A stretch of DNA of 64,000 nucleotides, taken from contig CAYRNZ010000007.1 of NCBI GenBank assembly GCA_964425765.1, forward strand, positions 9,678 to 73,677, given 5' to 3'. This document shows, piece by piece, positions 36,328-46,285 of the stretch. Position 1 is the stretch's first letter, and each line of letters starts with the position of its first letter. A model generated the notes under the pieces. It searched no databases, was not told the DNA's origin, and worked only from the letters and a program-made list of their open reading frames with translations. The stretch is from an uncultured Synergistaceae bacterium. GTDB taxonomy: Bacteria; Synergistota; Synergistia; Synergistales; 79-D21. Position numbers and translations under genes: made by a program.

Positions 36328-36893
36328 ACCCAGGTGCCCTTTGTCGATGAAGGATACGACGAAGGGGCAAGGGCGTCCTTCAATGCCCTTCCGGTACCCT
36401 TGAACACCGCTTCGGCAAGATGGTGGGAGTTGTCTACCGAGAGGGCCCTTACATGCAGCGTCAGGCGCGCTTCCCGCGAAAATCCCGTCCAGAATTCCTT
36501 GACCAGTTCCGTGTCGAAATCCCCGCAACGCGGCGAGGGAAAGTCGGCGTTCCACGTCAGGCCCCCTCTGCCGCTGATATCCAGGGCGACCAGAACGAGG
36601 GTCCCATCCATGGGGAGGGCGATGGAGCCGTAACGTTCGCAGGGCCCTTTCCTGAAAAGATCGAGAAATGCCGCTCCCATCAGGATTCCGACATCTTCGA
36701 CGAGGTGGTGGGCATCCACCTCGACGTCTCCGGACGCAGTCAAGTGGCCCGGCATGCCCGCATGGTGAAGAAAAAGATCGATCATATGATTCAGGAAACC
36801 GCAAGGGCTTTCTATGCAGTTCTTCTCGCCGGCAGGCAGGAACTCAAAAGCGACATCCGTTTCCAGCGAATGCCTTTCATAGCGATTCTTCAT
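36324..36893 (-). CDS. hisB: Imidazoleglycerol-phosphate dehydratase
   Basis: GFLNHMIDLFLHHAG, DAHHLVEDVGI, NSHHLAEAVFKGTGRAL motifs. Confidence 0.95.
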   Translation of the reverse strand: MKNRYERHSLETDVAFEFLPAGEKNCIESPCGFLNHMIDLFLHHAGMPGHLTASGDVEVDAHHLVEDVGILMGAAFLDLFRKGPCERYGSIALPMDGTLVLVALDISGRGGLTWNADFPSPRCGDFDTELVKEFWTGFSREARLTLHVRALSVDNSHHLAEAVFKGTGRALKDALAPSSYPSSTKGTWV

Positions 36894-37539
36894 TTATATC
36901 TCCCGCTTTCTTGGAAGTTGAGGAAAACTTCCCGATGATTTCTTCGATGGCGTCCCAGGCCAGCTGGAGTCCCTTGCGGCTGGAGACGAACTTCAGGCTG
37001 ACCGGAGCGATCTCGGCGATGACGGACAGGGAGTTCGCCCGCAGGGTGGAGCCGGTCTGCACGATATCGACGATGCAGTCGCTCAGGCCCAGGCGGGGAG
37101 CCATCTCTATGGACCCGTTCAGGTGGACGAACTCGACCTGGATGCCGCGTTCGGCGAAATATTCTTCGGCAATCCTGGGGTATTTCGTCGCAATCCGGAG
37201 TCCCATCAACTGGCTTTCGTGACCCAGGAAAAGAGCGGCGACTTTCTTCGGGCCCGCCAGGACGACCCTGCACATCCCCCGGCCCGTGTCCCGCAGCTCC
37301 ACGAGCGAGGCCCCAGACTCCCGTATGACATCCGAACCAGCCAGCGCCAGGTCCGCGATGCCGTAATGGACATACACGGGAACGTCCATGGGTTTGGCCA
37401 GCAGGAAACGGAAACCTTCCTCCTGGATGACCAGGGCGCGCCCCCTGTCCCTCAGTTTCCCGGTCGGGATGTCGAGTTCCTCCAGGACCTCTATAGCTTC
37501 TTCGAGCACACGGCCCGTAGGGAGGCAAAGCGTGAACAT
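36877..37539 (-). CDS. hisG: ATP phosphoribosyltransferase, short (HisZ-dependent) form
   Basis: MFTLCLPTGRVLEE..., DVPVYVHYGIADLALAGSDV, IVDIVQTGSTLRAN; about 220 aa with no C-terminal regulatory domain. Confidence 0.92.
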   Translation of the reverse strand: MFTLCLPTGRVLEEAIEVLEELDIPTGKLRDRGRALVIQEEGFRFLLAKPMDVPVYVHYGIADLALAGSDVIRESGASLVELRDTGRGMCRVVLAGPKKVAALFLGHESQLMGLRIATKYPRIAEEYFAERGIQVEFVHLNGSIEMAPRLGLSDCIVDIVQTGSTLRANSLSVIAEIAPVSLKFVSSRKGLQLAWDAIEEIIGKFSSTSKKAGDINEESL

Positions 37540-38714
37540 CAGGGCATTCCCTGCCTTTCGTTTTCCAGGCCTAAGGCAGTGCGTGCCGAGAGGTCGATCC
37601 ACCAGGCGTAACCTCGAGTCCTGGCGAGCTGGATTGCCCCTTCCCTGCTTTCCTGCCAACTTAGTTCCACACGAAAGCCGGACGATATGAAATCGTCGGC
37701 GCGTTCCAGCGCGACCTTCGGAGAGAGGCCGCCGCACCAGGCTACGGCTGGCTTGGCTCCTTCCATCCCGGAGAGAGAGGCCACGGCTCTCAAATCCACG
37801 CCGAAACCGATCGCTTGCCCGACGATCCCGCACTGATCTAGGAGCCCGTCATATCTACCTCCTCCCCCCAGGCTGACTCCAGCGTTTCCGGAGAAGATTT
37901 CAAAGACCGGTCCGCTGTAATATTCGAGTTCCCTGGCGAGGGCGAGGTCAAGCCTCAGATTTTCCCCCAACCCGAGTTCCCCCAGTTCATCGACGATCAG
38001 CGCAACGTCCCTCAGGGAAGGAGTTCTGCCAAACAGCCGGTTTGCTTCTTCCAAAACACGACCGGGGTTGCCCCTGAGCCTCGGAATCGTGGAAAGGGAT
38101 TTCCTGGATTCACTTGATATGCTGGAATTTTCGAGGGCGTGGAAATATGTGTCATAGCGCCTTTCCAGCAGAGCCTGCATGAGCGGGGCGGCCGCCGACC
38201 TGTCCAAACCCGAGATACACTCACGAAGGAAACCGGCGTGTCCCAGGACGACTATTGGGGAATGGATGCCGACCTTTCTCAGGGACCGAAGCAAGAGAGC
38301 GGTGACTTCGACGTCCGCTCCTTCCCCTTCCCATCCCAGGAGTTCCGCCCCGAACTGTATTCTTTCAAAATCGGTCTCGGGCGGGATCGGGGCACGGTAG
38401 AGAGGCCCTGCATAACACAGCCTAAGCGGGCGTTCCTGTGGCGAATAATGGGTGGAAAGGTAGGCGACCGCAGCAAGCGTCATATCCGGGCGCAAGCAGC
38501 AAACCTCACCGCCCGGGGTATAGACGGGGATGAGCCTTTTCCGGAACCTCGAGGTGAATTTGTCCCATGTCGATTCCAGCAACTGGACGCCCGGGGGGAA
38601 AAAGGGGACATAGCCGTATGCGGAGAATGTCTCGAAAAAGACCCTCCTGCAGCGTTCTATCCTTTCGGCCTCCACCCCGCCGATCGTCCTTGTCCCTTTG
38701 GGGAGCCTGCTCAA
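37539..38714 (-). CDS. hisZ: ATP phosphoribosyltransferase regulatory subunit (HisRS paralogue)
   Basis: HisRS-like core (CCLRPDMTLAAV, LRLCYAGPLYR, FGAELLG, GGGRYD) without an anticodon domain; proposed TTG 38714 gives a TTGA overlap with the hisD stop. Confidence 0.8.
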   Translation of the reverse strand: MSRLPKGTRTIGGVEAERIERCRRVFFETFSAYGYVPFFPPGVQLLESTWDKFTSRFRKRLIPVYTPGGEVCCLRPDMTLAAVAYLSTHYSPQERPLRLCYAGPLYRAPIPPETDFERIQFGAELLGWEGEGADVEVTALLLRSLRKVGIHSPIVVLGHAGFLRECISGLDRSAAAPLMQALLERRYDTYFHALENSSISSESRKSLSTIPRLRGNPGRVLEEANRLFGRTPSLRDVALIVDELGELGLGENLRLDLALARELEYYSGPVFEIFSGNAGVSLGGGGRYDGLLDQCGIVGQAIGFGVDLRAVASLSGMEGAKPAVAWCGGLSPKVALERADDFISSGFRVELSWQESREGAIQLARTRGYAWWIDLSARTALGLENERQGMP

Positions 38715-39973
38715 ATCCCGTTCTCTCCCCTCAGGCGCATGGCAAGCGCATGGGCATGCAATCCTTCGGCGAGTGCCATGCATTCACCAGGTTTCGAGAG
38801 GTCTCGGGCTGCTTCCCTGGACATTTCGAGATGTGTCAGCGGACGAAGGAATGTCCCTACCCACAAACCCCCGGAAAAGCGCGAGCGCCCTTCCGTCGGC
38901 AGGACGTGGTTCGTGCCGGCGATGTAGTCGCCGAAAGCTTCGGCCGAGTGGTGCCCCAGGAACGCGGCTCCATAGGCCGTGAAACAGGGGAGTATTTCCC
39001 TAGGTTTTTCGACGGCCAGCTCCAGATGTTCCGGCGCCGCCCTATTGGCTGTATTTATCGCTTCATCCAGGGTGCAGACTGCGACAGTGCCGTTGGCCAG
39101 CCAGGCCTGCATGGCGATTTTCCCGGTCGGCAAAGTGTTAAGGAGGTGGTCCACCTGGGTCAGGGCCTGGTAGGCAATCGTCTCGTCCAGGCAGTAAAGG
39201 GACACGCGGGATTCGGGGTCATGTTCCGCCTGGGCCAGCAGGTCCGCCGCAAGAAGAGCCGGGTTTGCCGTCCGGTCCGCGATGACAAAGACCTCGCTCG
39301 GGCCCGCCAGGCTGTCTATCCCGACCTTCCCGAAAAGTTGTCTCTTTGCTTCGGTTACATAGGCGTTGCCGGGCCCCACCAGGAGGTCGACCGGAGAGAT
39401 GCCCGGAAGTCCCCGGGCAAGGGCACCTACGCCCTGCGCCCCTCCCACGGCCAGAACCTCCTGTATTCCGAGAAGGGACAACGTGCCGAGAATCGGCTTC
39501 GATATACCGCAACTTCCCCTGGGTGGGGAAAAGACGATGATCCTGGACACTCCGGCTTCCTGTGCGGGCACCACACCCATGATGGCCGTGCTGACAAGGG
39601 GGTATCGTCCCCCTGGGACGTATACGCCGGCGCTTTTGACAGGAAGGAAGCGCATCCCTGCCTTGATCCCTGCCGAGATCTCCCATTCCTGGTCCTGGAA
39701 GAGCTTCCTTTGGGCCCTGTGGAATGAACGGACATGGTCGACAGCTATCTCGACCGCTTGCCGGAGAGGCTTGTCCATCTGGGCAAGGGCCGAATTCAAG
39801 GGCTTCTCCCTGATCAGGATAGGTCCCTCGTAGTCGTCCAGCTGGTGATTGAGCTCGGACAAGGCCCTCTCCCCGTCCCGGGATACACGGTCAAGGATGG
39901 ACCGGACGCGCTCCGAAACGGCACGTTCGGCCTCTTCGCGTTCGATCGGCGAGGATGCTTTAAGATTGATCAT
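38711..39973 (-). CDS. hisD: Histidinol dehydrogenase
   Basis: VYVPGGRYPLVSTAIM, GPGNAYVTEAK, AQAEHD, APEHLEL, GDYIAGTNHVLPT motifs. Confidence 0.95.
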   Translation of the reverse strand: MINLKASSPIEREEAERAVSERVRSILDRVSRDGERALSELNHQLDDYEGPILIREKPLNSALAQMDKPLRQAVEIAVDHVRSFHRAQRKLFQDQEWEISAGIKAGMRFLPVKSAGVYVPGGRYPLVSTAIMGVVPAQEAGVSRIIVFSPPRGSCGISKPILGTLSLLGIQEVLAVGGAQGVGALARGLPGISPVDLLVGPGNAYVTEAKRQLFGKVGIDSLAGPSEVFVIADRTANPALLAADLLAQAEHDPESRVSLYCLDETIAYQALTQVDHLLNTLPTGKIAMQAWLANGTVAVCTLDEAINTANRAAPEHLELAVEKPREILPCFTAYGAAFLGHHSAEAFGDYIAGTNHVLPTEGRSRFSGGLWVGTFLRPLTHLEMSREAARDLSKPGECMALAEGLHAHALAMRLRGENGI

Positions 39974-40194
39974 GGCAGGCTCCTTTAACTATTTAGAGTA
40001 ATAGCTAGGTGAGTATTGGCACGGCCTGCATCATATCACGGCACCCAAATGTCTGTAAAGAGCAAGATACAAGGGTTTACGAACCTGCCACGTGACCCTC
40101 CGCGGCATCGCCGGGTTCGACAAAGCGCTCCACTGCCGGTAAAATCTAATTTGCTAAATTGAAGAAGTTCTGGGAACGGAAGAGGAGAATCGTC

Positions 40195-41535
40195 ATGGGC
40201 AAGAACGTGGGAAAGAGGTTCCGTTGTGCTGAGTGCGGCTTTTTGTCCCAGGCCTGGTTGGGGCGATGTCCCACCTGCGGCGGCTGGGGGACCTTGCAGG
40301 AGGAGCGCGAGCCCGGATCGAGCGCGCTTACGGGCAAAGAGGGGATTCCCGTTGTTTCCGACCTTTCGAGGATTCCTCCGCCGAAACGGGTCCCTTCCGG
40401 GATCGAAGAGCTAGACCGGGTACTGGGCGGGGGATGGATAGCAGGCAGCGTGGCCTTGCTGGCCGGAGAGCCTGGGGTAGGCAAGTCGACCTTGCTGTTG
40501 CAGGCGTGCGCCTCGATGGCGGCATCGGGGAAGCGCGTCCTGTATGTTTCCGGCGAAGAATCCCCGTCCCAGGTTGCCTTGAGGGCAAATCGACTGAAAG
40601 CCGGCGATTCGGGTTTTTCGCTGGTTTGTCGTGAGGGGGTGCAGGAAATCCTCCCGATGCTGTCCGGTTTCGACTTTGCCGTCTTCGACAGCGTCCAGGC
40701 CATGAGACACCCGGAAAGCCCGGGCTGGCCCGGAACCCCGGGACAGGTTCGGTCGGTGGCCCAGGCCGTTATGGAAGAGGCGAAAACCTCCGGGTGTGCC
40801 GTTGTCCTGGTAGGCCACATCACGAAGGATGGCCAGATCGCCGGGCCGAAGCTCCTGGAGCACATGGTGGACGTCGTGCTCCATTTTTCCGGGGAAAAGA
40901 CGTCACCCTACCGGCACGTAAGAGGAATCAAGAATCGTTACGGAAGCACCGACGAACTGGGAGTTTTCGAAATGGGGGATACAGGGCTCGAAGGTATCCC
41001 CGACCCTGGCAGACTGTATTGGAACGAGGCGACGTCCCCGATCCCCGGAACCGCCATGACCGTGGTCCTGGAGGGTTCGAGGCCCTTTGTGGCGGAAATT
41101 CAGTCCTTGTCCTGCGCGACCCCCTTCCCTTACCCCAAGCGAACCGCGCGCGGGATTGCCGGGAGTCGGCTGGGACTCCTGCTCGCCGTTCTCGAAAGAA
41201 GGGGAGGGATAGGCGCCAGGTCGATGGACGTTTTCATGAATGTAGTCGGGGGGCTGTATCTCGAGGACCCCGCTGCGGATCTTGCCGTGTGTATGTCCCT
41301 CGCTTCTTCGCTGGTGGATCGTTCGTTACCCCGCAACCGGGTTTTCGTCGGAGAGGTGGGACTCGGCGGTGAGGTTCGGCCCGTTCCTCACGTCCCTTCG
41401 AGGTTGAAGGAAATATCAAGACTTGGTTTTTCAACGGTCGTCATGAGCCGTTACCAGGTTCAGGAGGCGTACGAGGGAATCGAAATCCTGAGGGTAGCGC
41501 GTTTGAGCGAGGCCTTGAAGGAGTTGAACCGATGA
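40195..41535 (+). CDS. radA: DNA repair protein RadA/Sms
   Basis: N-terminal zinc finger FRCAECGF...CPTCGGWG, Walker A GEPGVGKST, KNRYG motif, Lon-like C-terminal domain. Confidence 0.94.
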   Translation: MGKNVGKRFRCAECGFLSQAWLGRCPTCGGWGTLQEEREPGSSALTGKEGIPVVSDLSRIPPPKRVPSGIEELDRVLGGGWIAGSVALLAGEPGVGKSTLLLQACASMAASGKRVLYVSGEESPSQVALRANRLKAGDSGFSLVCREGVQEILPMLSGFDFAVFDSVQAMRHPESPGWPGTPGQVRSVAQAVMEEAKTSGCAVVLVGHITKDGQIAGPKLLEHMVDVVLHFSGEKTSPYRHVRGIKNRYGSTDELGVFEMGDTGLEGIPDPGRLYWNEATSPIPGTAMTVVLEGSRPFVAEIQSLSCATPFPYPKRTARGIAGSRLGLLLAVLERRGGIGARSMDVFMNVVGGLYLEDPAADLAVCMSLASSLVDRSLPRNRVFVGEVGLGGEVRPVPHVPSRLKEISRLGFSTVVMSRYQVQEAYEGIEILRVARLSEALKELNR

Positions 41536-42890
41536 AGAAAACCGCCATTAACGCCATGAAGCCGTTTGTCGTGCTCCTGTATTTTCTGTTTTCGGCGGTC
41601 GCCAGTTCCTCGGTTGACGCAGCCGGCCCCTCTGTCGTGGTGTATGTTCCGATGGAAGGGGTTGTCGGCGTCCCTATGGAACAATATCTTGACGAGGCTT
41701 TCGCCTATTCCAGCCAGATAAAGGCCTCGATCATGGTGATCGGCATCGATACGCCCGGGGGTCTTGTGACGTCGATGCGCGGCATGTCACAGAAGATCCT
41801 GGCTGCCCCCCTGCCTGTCGCGGTGTGGGTCGGGCCTTCAGGCGCCAGGGCTGCATCGGCAGGAGCCTTCCTGGTGATGTCCGCCCATATCGCCGCCATG
41901 GCTCCAGGGACCAACATCGGTGCGGCACACCCCGTCACTGCCTCAGGGCAGGACGTTCCGGACAAGGAGATGAACAGGAAGGTCACCAACGACCTGGCGG
42001 CACAAATGCGCTCGCTTGCTGAAGAACGCGGGCGCAACGCGAACGCGGCCGCCTCGATGGTCGTCGAAAGTGTTTCCCTCACCGCGAGGGAGGCCGTTGA
42101 GAAAAAAGTGGTCGACACATTGGCACCCGACGTTCCCTCACTGGTCAAGTGGGCGGATGGACATGCGGTCAAGGTCGGCGGGAGCAGGGTGAACCTGGAC
42201 CTGAAGCAGTTCGAAATCCGCCGGTTCGAAATGAATCCGCGTCTAAAAGTCCTCCACTTCATTTCCCGTCCCGACGTAGCCTACATGATGTTGACGATGG
42301 GGATCCTGGCGATCGTACTCGAGGTCATGAGCCCCGGAGGTTTCGTCCTTGGTGTTTCCGGGGCGGTCATGGCCCTCATGGGCGCCTATGGCCTCAGGAT
42401 GCTGCCCTTCAACTGGGCCGGGGTCATCCTGCTAGTCGCGGGCATTGCTGTGCTGGTCCTCGACCTCGTGGTCGGCGGGATGGGCATCTTGAGCCTTTTC
42501 GGCCTGGGTTCGCTTGTCATGGGGGCGCTTGTCATCTTCAAGGCTCCGGGGGGTGAGCTCTTGAACGTTTCCGTTGGATTCCTGGTGGGGATGGTCCTGA
42601 CCCTGGGGGGGTTCTTTCTTTTGGCAGCCGGGGCGGTTTGGCGTTCAACGAGAAAAAAGGTTGCCTCCGGTAGGGAGGGAATGCTACAGGTCGAGGGCGT
42701 GGTGGTGGAAGAGCTCGCCCCGGGGGGATTCGTGAGTTGCCATGGTGAAATATGGAAAGCCGTTTCGGACACAGGGGAGAATATCCCGAGCGGGACCCGC
42801 GTCAGGGTCGTGAAGGCAGAAGGGCTCAGCCTGCGGGTTAGGGAGATTGGGGATGGAGATTCGCCAAAGAAGGGGGAGAATGGACAATGA
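41532..42890 (+). CDS. nfeD: NfeD-family membrane-bound ClpP-class serine protease
   Basis: Signal peptide, ClpP-like domain ([19 protein letters not shown]), multi-TM middle, C-terminal OB (GEIWKAVSD...[13 protein letters not shown]); ATGA overlaps both neighbours. Confidence 0.85.
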   Translation: MKKTAINAMKPFVVLLYFLFSAVASSSVDAAGPSVVVYVPMEGVVGVPMEQYLDEAFAYSSQIKASIMVIGIDTPGGLVTSMRGMSQKILAAPLPVAVWVGPSGARAASAGAFLVMSAHIAAMAPGTNIGAAHPVTASGQDVPDKEMNRKVTNDLAAQMRSLAEERGRNANAAASMVVESVSLTAREAVEKKVVDTLAPDVPSLVKWADGHAVKVGGSRVNLDLKQFEIRRFEMNPRLKVLHFISRPDVAYMMLTMGILAIVLEVMSPGGFVLGVSGAVMALMGAYGLRMLPFNWAGVILLVAGIAVLVLDLVVGGMGILSLFGLGSLVMGALVIFKAPGGELLNVSVGFLVGMVLTLGGFFLLAAGAVWRSTRKKVASGREGMLQVEGVVVEELAPGGFVSCHGEIWKAVSDTGENIPSGTRVRVVKAEGLSLRVREIGDGDSPKKGENGQ

Positions 42891-43681
42891 TCGGTAATCT
42901 GGTCGAATTCATTTTCAGCGCGGGAAGCACTCTGGGGATCATCCTGATCGCTCTTGTCCTTTTGACCTCCGCGATCAAGATCGTACCGGAATACCAGAGG
43001 GGAGTTGTTTTCCGGCTCGGGAGGCTTGTCGCGGCAAAGGGCCCGGGGCTGATCCTGCTCGTCCCGTTCATAGACCGCATGGTGAGGGCGGACCTCAGGG
43101 TCGTGACCCTGGACGTCCCAGTCCAGGAAGTGATCACGAAAGACAACGTCCCGATCAAGGTGAACGCCGTCGTGTATTTCAGGGTCATGGATCCAAACCG
43201 CTCGGTGGTGGAAGTGGAGAACTACATCATGGCCACGAGCCAGCTTTCCCAGACGACGCTGCGGTCGGTGATCGGCAGGGCAGAGCTCGACGAGGTGCTG
43301 AGCGAGAGGGACAAGATCAACCTGGAACTCCAGAAGATCATCGACGAAAAAACGGACCCCTGGGGCATCAAGGTTAGCGCAGTCGAAGTCAAGGAACTGG
43401 AACTTCCCGAGGGAATGAAGCGGGCTATGGCCCGTCAGGCGGAAGCGGAGCGGGAAAGGCGCGCGAAGATCATCAGCGCCGAGGGTGAGGCCCAGGCTGC
43501 GGAACGCCTGAGCGAGGCGGCGCGTATCATGGGGGTAAGCCCGGTCACCCTCCAGCTCAGGTATCTCCAGACCATGAGAGAGATCGCCAGTGAAAAGAAC
43601 GCGATGACCCTTTTCCCGTTTCCTTTCGAGATCATGAAAGCTTTCATGGACAAGGCGGGGAAGGATTCGAAGGAGGCCTGA
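42887..43681 (+). CDS. SPFH/band-7 (stomatin-like) protein
   Basis: [15 protein letters not shown]..., [44 protein letters not shown] typical stomatin/prohibitin homology domain. Confidence 0.9.
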   Translation: MIGNLVEFIFSAGSTLGIILIALVLLTSAIKIVPEYQRGVVFRLGRLVAAKGPGLILLVPFIDRMVRADLRVVTLDVPVQEVITKDNVPIKVNAVVYFRVMDPNRSVVEVENYIMATSQLSQTTLRSVIGRAELDEVLSERDKINLELQKIIDEKTDPWGIKVSAVEVKELELPEGMKRAMARQAEAERERRAKIISAEGEAQAAERLSEAARIMGVSPVTLQLRYLQTMREIASEKNAMTLFPFPFEIMKAFMDKAGKDSKEA

Positions 43682-43724
43682 AACCGGCCCATGTGACTGG
43701 TGCCCCAAGGGTCTTGTACTGGTT

Positions 43725-43753
43725 TTGCGAACCCTCATTTCGGTGGTTATAAT
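43725..43753 (+). promoter_or_regulatory. Sigma-70-type promoter of leuS
   Basis: TTGCGA-17 nt-TATAAT, about 48 nt upstream of the leuS ATG. Confidence 0.55.
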
Positions 43754-43801
43754 AATCCGAACCAGCTACCGAATGGGATGACCGGGAAGGGAGAGGCTCC
43801 T

Positions 43802-46285
43802 ATGCCGTATGACTTCGCGCGCGTGGAAAGGAAATGGCAGCAGTACTGGGAGGAAAAGCGGATATTCGAGGTTGAATGCGATCCTGGGAAACCGAAGTTC
43901 TATTGCCTGGAGATGTTTCCCTACCCCAGCGGCGCCCTCCATATGGGGCACTTGCGGAATTACTCGATCGGTGACCTGTTCAGCCGTTACCTCTGGATGA
44001 AGGGATGGAACGTCCTTCACCCCATGGGTTTCGATGCCTTCGGCCTGCCCGCGGAAAACGCGGCTTTGAAATATGGCGTGCACCCGAAGAAGTGGACCTG
44101 GGACAACATTGAGCACATGACTTCCCAGCTCAAGTCGATGGGTTGCAGTTACGACTGGAGAAGGCGCGTGGAAAGCTGTTCCCCCGATTATTACCGCTGG
44201 ACTCAGTACATTTTCCTGCTTTTCCTCAAAAACGGGCTTGCCTACAGGAAGCATGCCCCGGTCAACTGGTGCGAGAGCTGCCAGACGGTCCTCGCGAACG
44301 AACAGGTCATCGACGGCGGCCACTGCTGGCGGTGCGGGACACTCGTAACCAAGCGAAAGCTGGAGCAATGGTTCCTCAACATTACCCGTTATGCCCAGGA
44401 GCTCCTCGATTCCCTGGATAAACTCCCGGGATGGCCGGAAAAGGTAAAGCTGATGCAGCGTAACTGGATAGGCCGGTCGGAAGGGGTTCGCCTGGTTTTC
44501 CCCGTAGAGGGGATGGCCACGGGGATAGAAACCTTCACGACCCGCTTCGATACGATTTACGGTGTCACCTTCCTGGCCTTGGCGCCCGAACATCCAATGG
44601 TTGAGGAACTCGTTCGACTGAGCCCAAGAGGGGAAGAGATCCGCAAGTTCGTCTCGGAAACCCTGCAGAAGAGCGAGATCGAACGGACCGCCGTAGGCGG
44701 GGAAAAGACCGGAATCGACACGGGCTTCAGGGCCATCAGCCCGGTCACCGGGGAAAAGGTGCCCATTTGGGTTTCAAACTACATCCTCATCGAGTACGGC
44801 ACCGGGGCGATCATGGGGGTTCCTGCGCACGACGAGCGCGACTTCGAGTTCGCAAGGAAGTACCACATCCCGGTTCGCCTCGTGATACAGCCGGAGGAAG
44901 GGCATCTCGACCCGGAAACGATGACCGAATCGTGGGAAGGGGAGGGCATCCAGTGCAATTCTGGAACTTTCGACGGGTTACGTTCTCCCTCCGAAAGCAT
45001 TCCGCGGATGACCGCCTGGGCGGAAGAGATCGGCGTGGGCAAGAGGGAAGTCAACTACCGGCTGCGGGATTGGCTGATCTCGCGGCAGCGCTACTGGGGG
45101 GCCCCGATCCCGGTCGTCTACTGCGAGAAGTGCGGTATTGTCCCTATCCCGGAAGAGGAACTTCCCGTGCTTCTTCCCGATGTCCAGGTCCTGCCCGGAG
45201 GGAAAAGCCCGCTGCCTGAAACGTCGGAATGGGTCAACACGGCTTGTCCGGCCTGCGGCGGCCCGGCGAGGCGTGAAACGGACACCATGGACACTTTCAT
45301 CTGTTCATCCTGGTATTTCCTGAGGTTCACCTCTCCCTGGACGGCAACTGAACCCTTCGTCAGTGATCATGCGAATTACTGGATGGCCGTCGACCAGTAC
45401 ATCGGGGGCATCGAACACGCCTGCCTGCACTTGATCTACGCCCGCTTCTTCACGAAGGTGCTTGCCGACCTCGGGTTTATCGAAGCCCGCGAACCGTTCA
45501 CGAATCTCCTAACCCAGGGGATGGTCATCAAGGACGGCTCAAAGATGTCGAAGTCCAAGGGAAACGTCGTGGACCCGGACGAGATCATCAAGAGGTATGG
45601 AGCCGACACTGCCCGCCTGTTCATCCTCTTCGCTTCGCCGCCGGACAAGGACCTGGATTGGTCCGAGAAGGGGGTTGAGGGCGCGCATCGGTTCCTGAAA
45701 CGAGTATGGCGCCTGGTGGAGGAGAATGGCGAAGCCTTGCGGACCGCTCCGCGCTGCAAGATAGGGATCGGCGATCTCGCCGAGAAGGACCGCCGGGACC
45801 TGAAGCGGCGCATCCATTCCACCGTTGGGAACGTCTCGCGGGACATCGAGAAGGAACGCCAGTTTAACACTGCCGTCGCGAGGCTCATGGAACTGAGCAA
45901 CGCCCTGGGGGATTTCACTCCTCGGGATGAGAACGACTGGGCTCTTTTCCGCGAGGGGATCGAAACCCTCCTGCTTTGCCTTTCGCCTTTCACCCCGCAC
46001 ATCTGCGAGGAACTTTGGGAAATGCTGGGCAACCACGGTTGCCTGGCAGGAGCGCCCTGGCCCGACGTGGACATCGAATGCCTCGGAGCCGAATCCGTCA
46101 CCGTAGTGTTCCAGGTCAACGGCAAAGTCCGCGAAAAGATCGAACTGCCGGCAGGCCTTGACTCCGAAGCGTTGAAAGAGAGGGTCTTCTCCGAAGAGAC
46201 CGTACGAAAACGGCTCGACGGGAAGGAAATCGTCAGGGTCATTGCTGTTCCCGACAGACTGGTCAACGTGGTGGTGAAAGGATAG
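43802..46285 (+). CDS. leuS: Leucine--tRNA ligase
   Basis: MPYDFARVERKWQQYWEE..., FPYPSGALHMGH (HIGH), zinc Cys pairs, KMSKSKGN (KMSKS); ATG 43802 after GGGAGAGG (track start over-extended). Confidence 0.97.
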   Translation: MPYDFARVERKWQQYWEEKRIFEVECDPGKPKFYCLEMFPYPSGALHMGHLRNYSIGDLFSRYLWMKGWNVLHPMGFDAFGLPAENAALKYGVHPKKWTWDNIEHMTSQLKSMGCSYDWRRRVESCSPDYYRWTQYIFLLFLKNGLAYRKHAPVNWCESCQTVLANEQVIDGGHCWRCGTLVTKRKLEQWFLNITRYAQELLDSLDKLPGWPEKVKLMQRNWIGRSEGVRLVFPVEGMATGIETFTTRFDTIYGVTFLALAPEHPMVEELVRLSPRGEEIRKFVSETLQKSEIERTAVGGEKTGIDTGFRAISPVTGEKVPIWVSNYILIEYGTGAIMGVPAHDERDFEFARKYHIPVRLVIQPEEGHLDPETMTESWEGEGIQCNSGTFDGLRSPSESIPRMTAWAEEIGVGKREVNYRLRDWLISRQRYWGAPIPVVYCEKCGIVPIPEEELPVLLPDVQVLPGGKSPLPETSEWVNTACPACGGPARRETDTMDTFICSSWYFLRFTSPWTATEPFVSDHANYWMAVDQYIGGIEHACLHLIYARFFTKVLADLGFIEAREPFTNLLTQGMVIKDGSKMSKSKGNVVDPDEIIKRYGADTARLFILFASPPDKDLDWSEKGVEGAHRFLKRVWRLVEENGEALRTAPRCKIGIGDLAEKDRRDLKRRIHSTVGNVSRDIEKERQFNTAVARLMELSNALGDFTPRDENDWALFREGIETLLLCLSPFTPHICEELWEMLGNHGCLAGAPWPDVDIECLGAESVTVVFQVNGKVREKIELPAGLDSEALKERVFSEETVRKRLDGKEIVRVIAVPDRLVNVVVKG

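Noticed and set aside
38567-39727. 386-aa ORF antisense to hisD, plus similar long ORFs at 42386-43738, 45436-46672 and 57056-58333
   Set aside because: All of them lie opposite strongly supported housekeeping genes (hisD, nfeD/SPFH, leuS, pnp). They have Arg/Pro/Gly-rich translations without motifs or RBSs.
39974-40194. His-rich leader peptide or small ORF in the hisD/radA divergent region
   Set aside because: The minus-strand mini-ORF (MMQAVPILT) has no His codons. The 37-aa plus-strand ORF (starting MSVKSK) lacks an RBS and any conserved features.
43682-43801. T-box leaders upstream of leuS (and of thrS at 59445-59581)
   Set aside because: The spacers are about 100-135 nt and are largely occupied by a promoter and an RBS. 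That is too short for Stem I plus an antiterminator, and no T-box 14-mer is visible.
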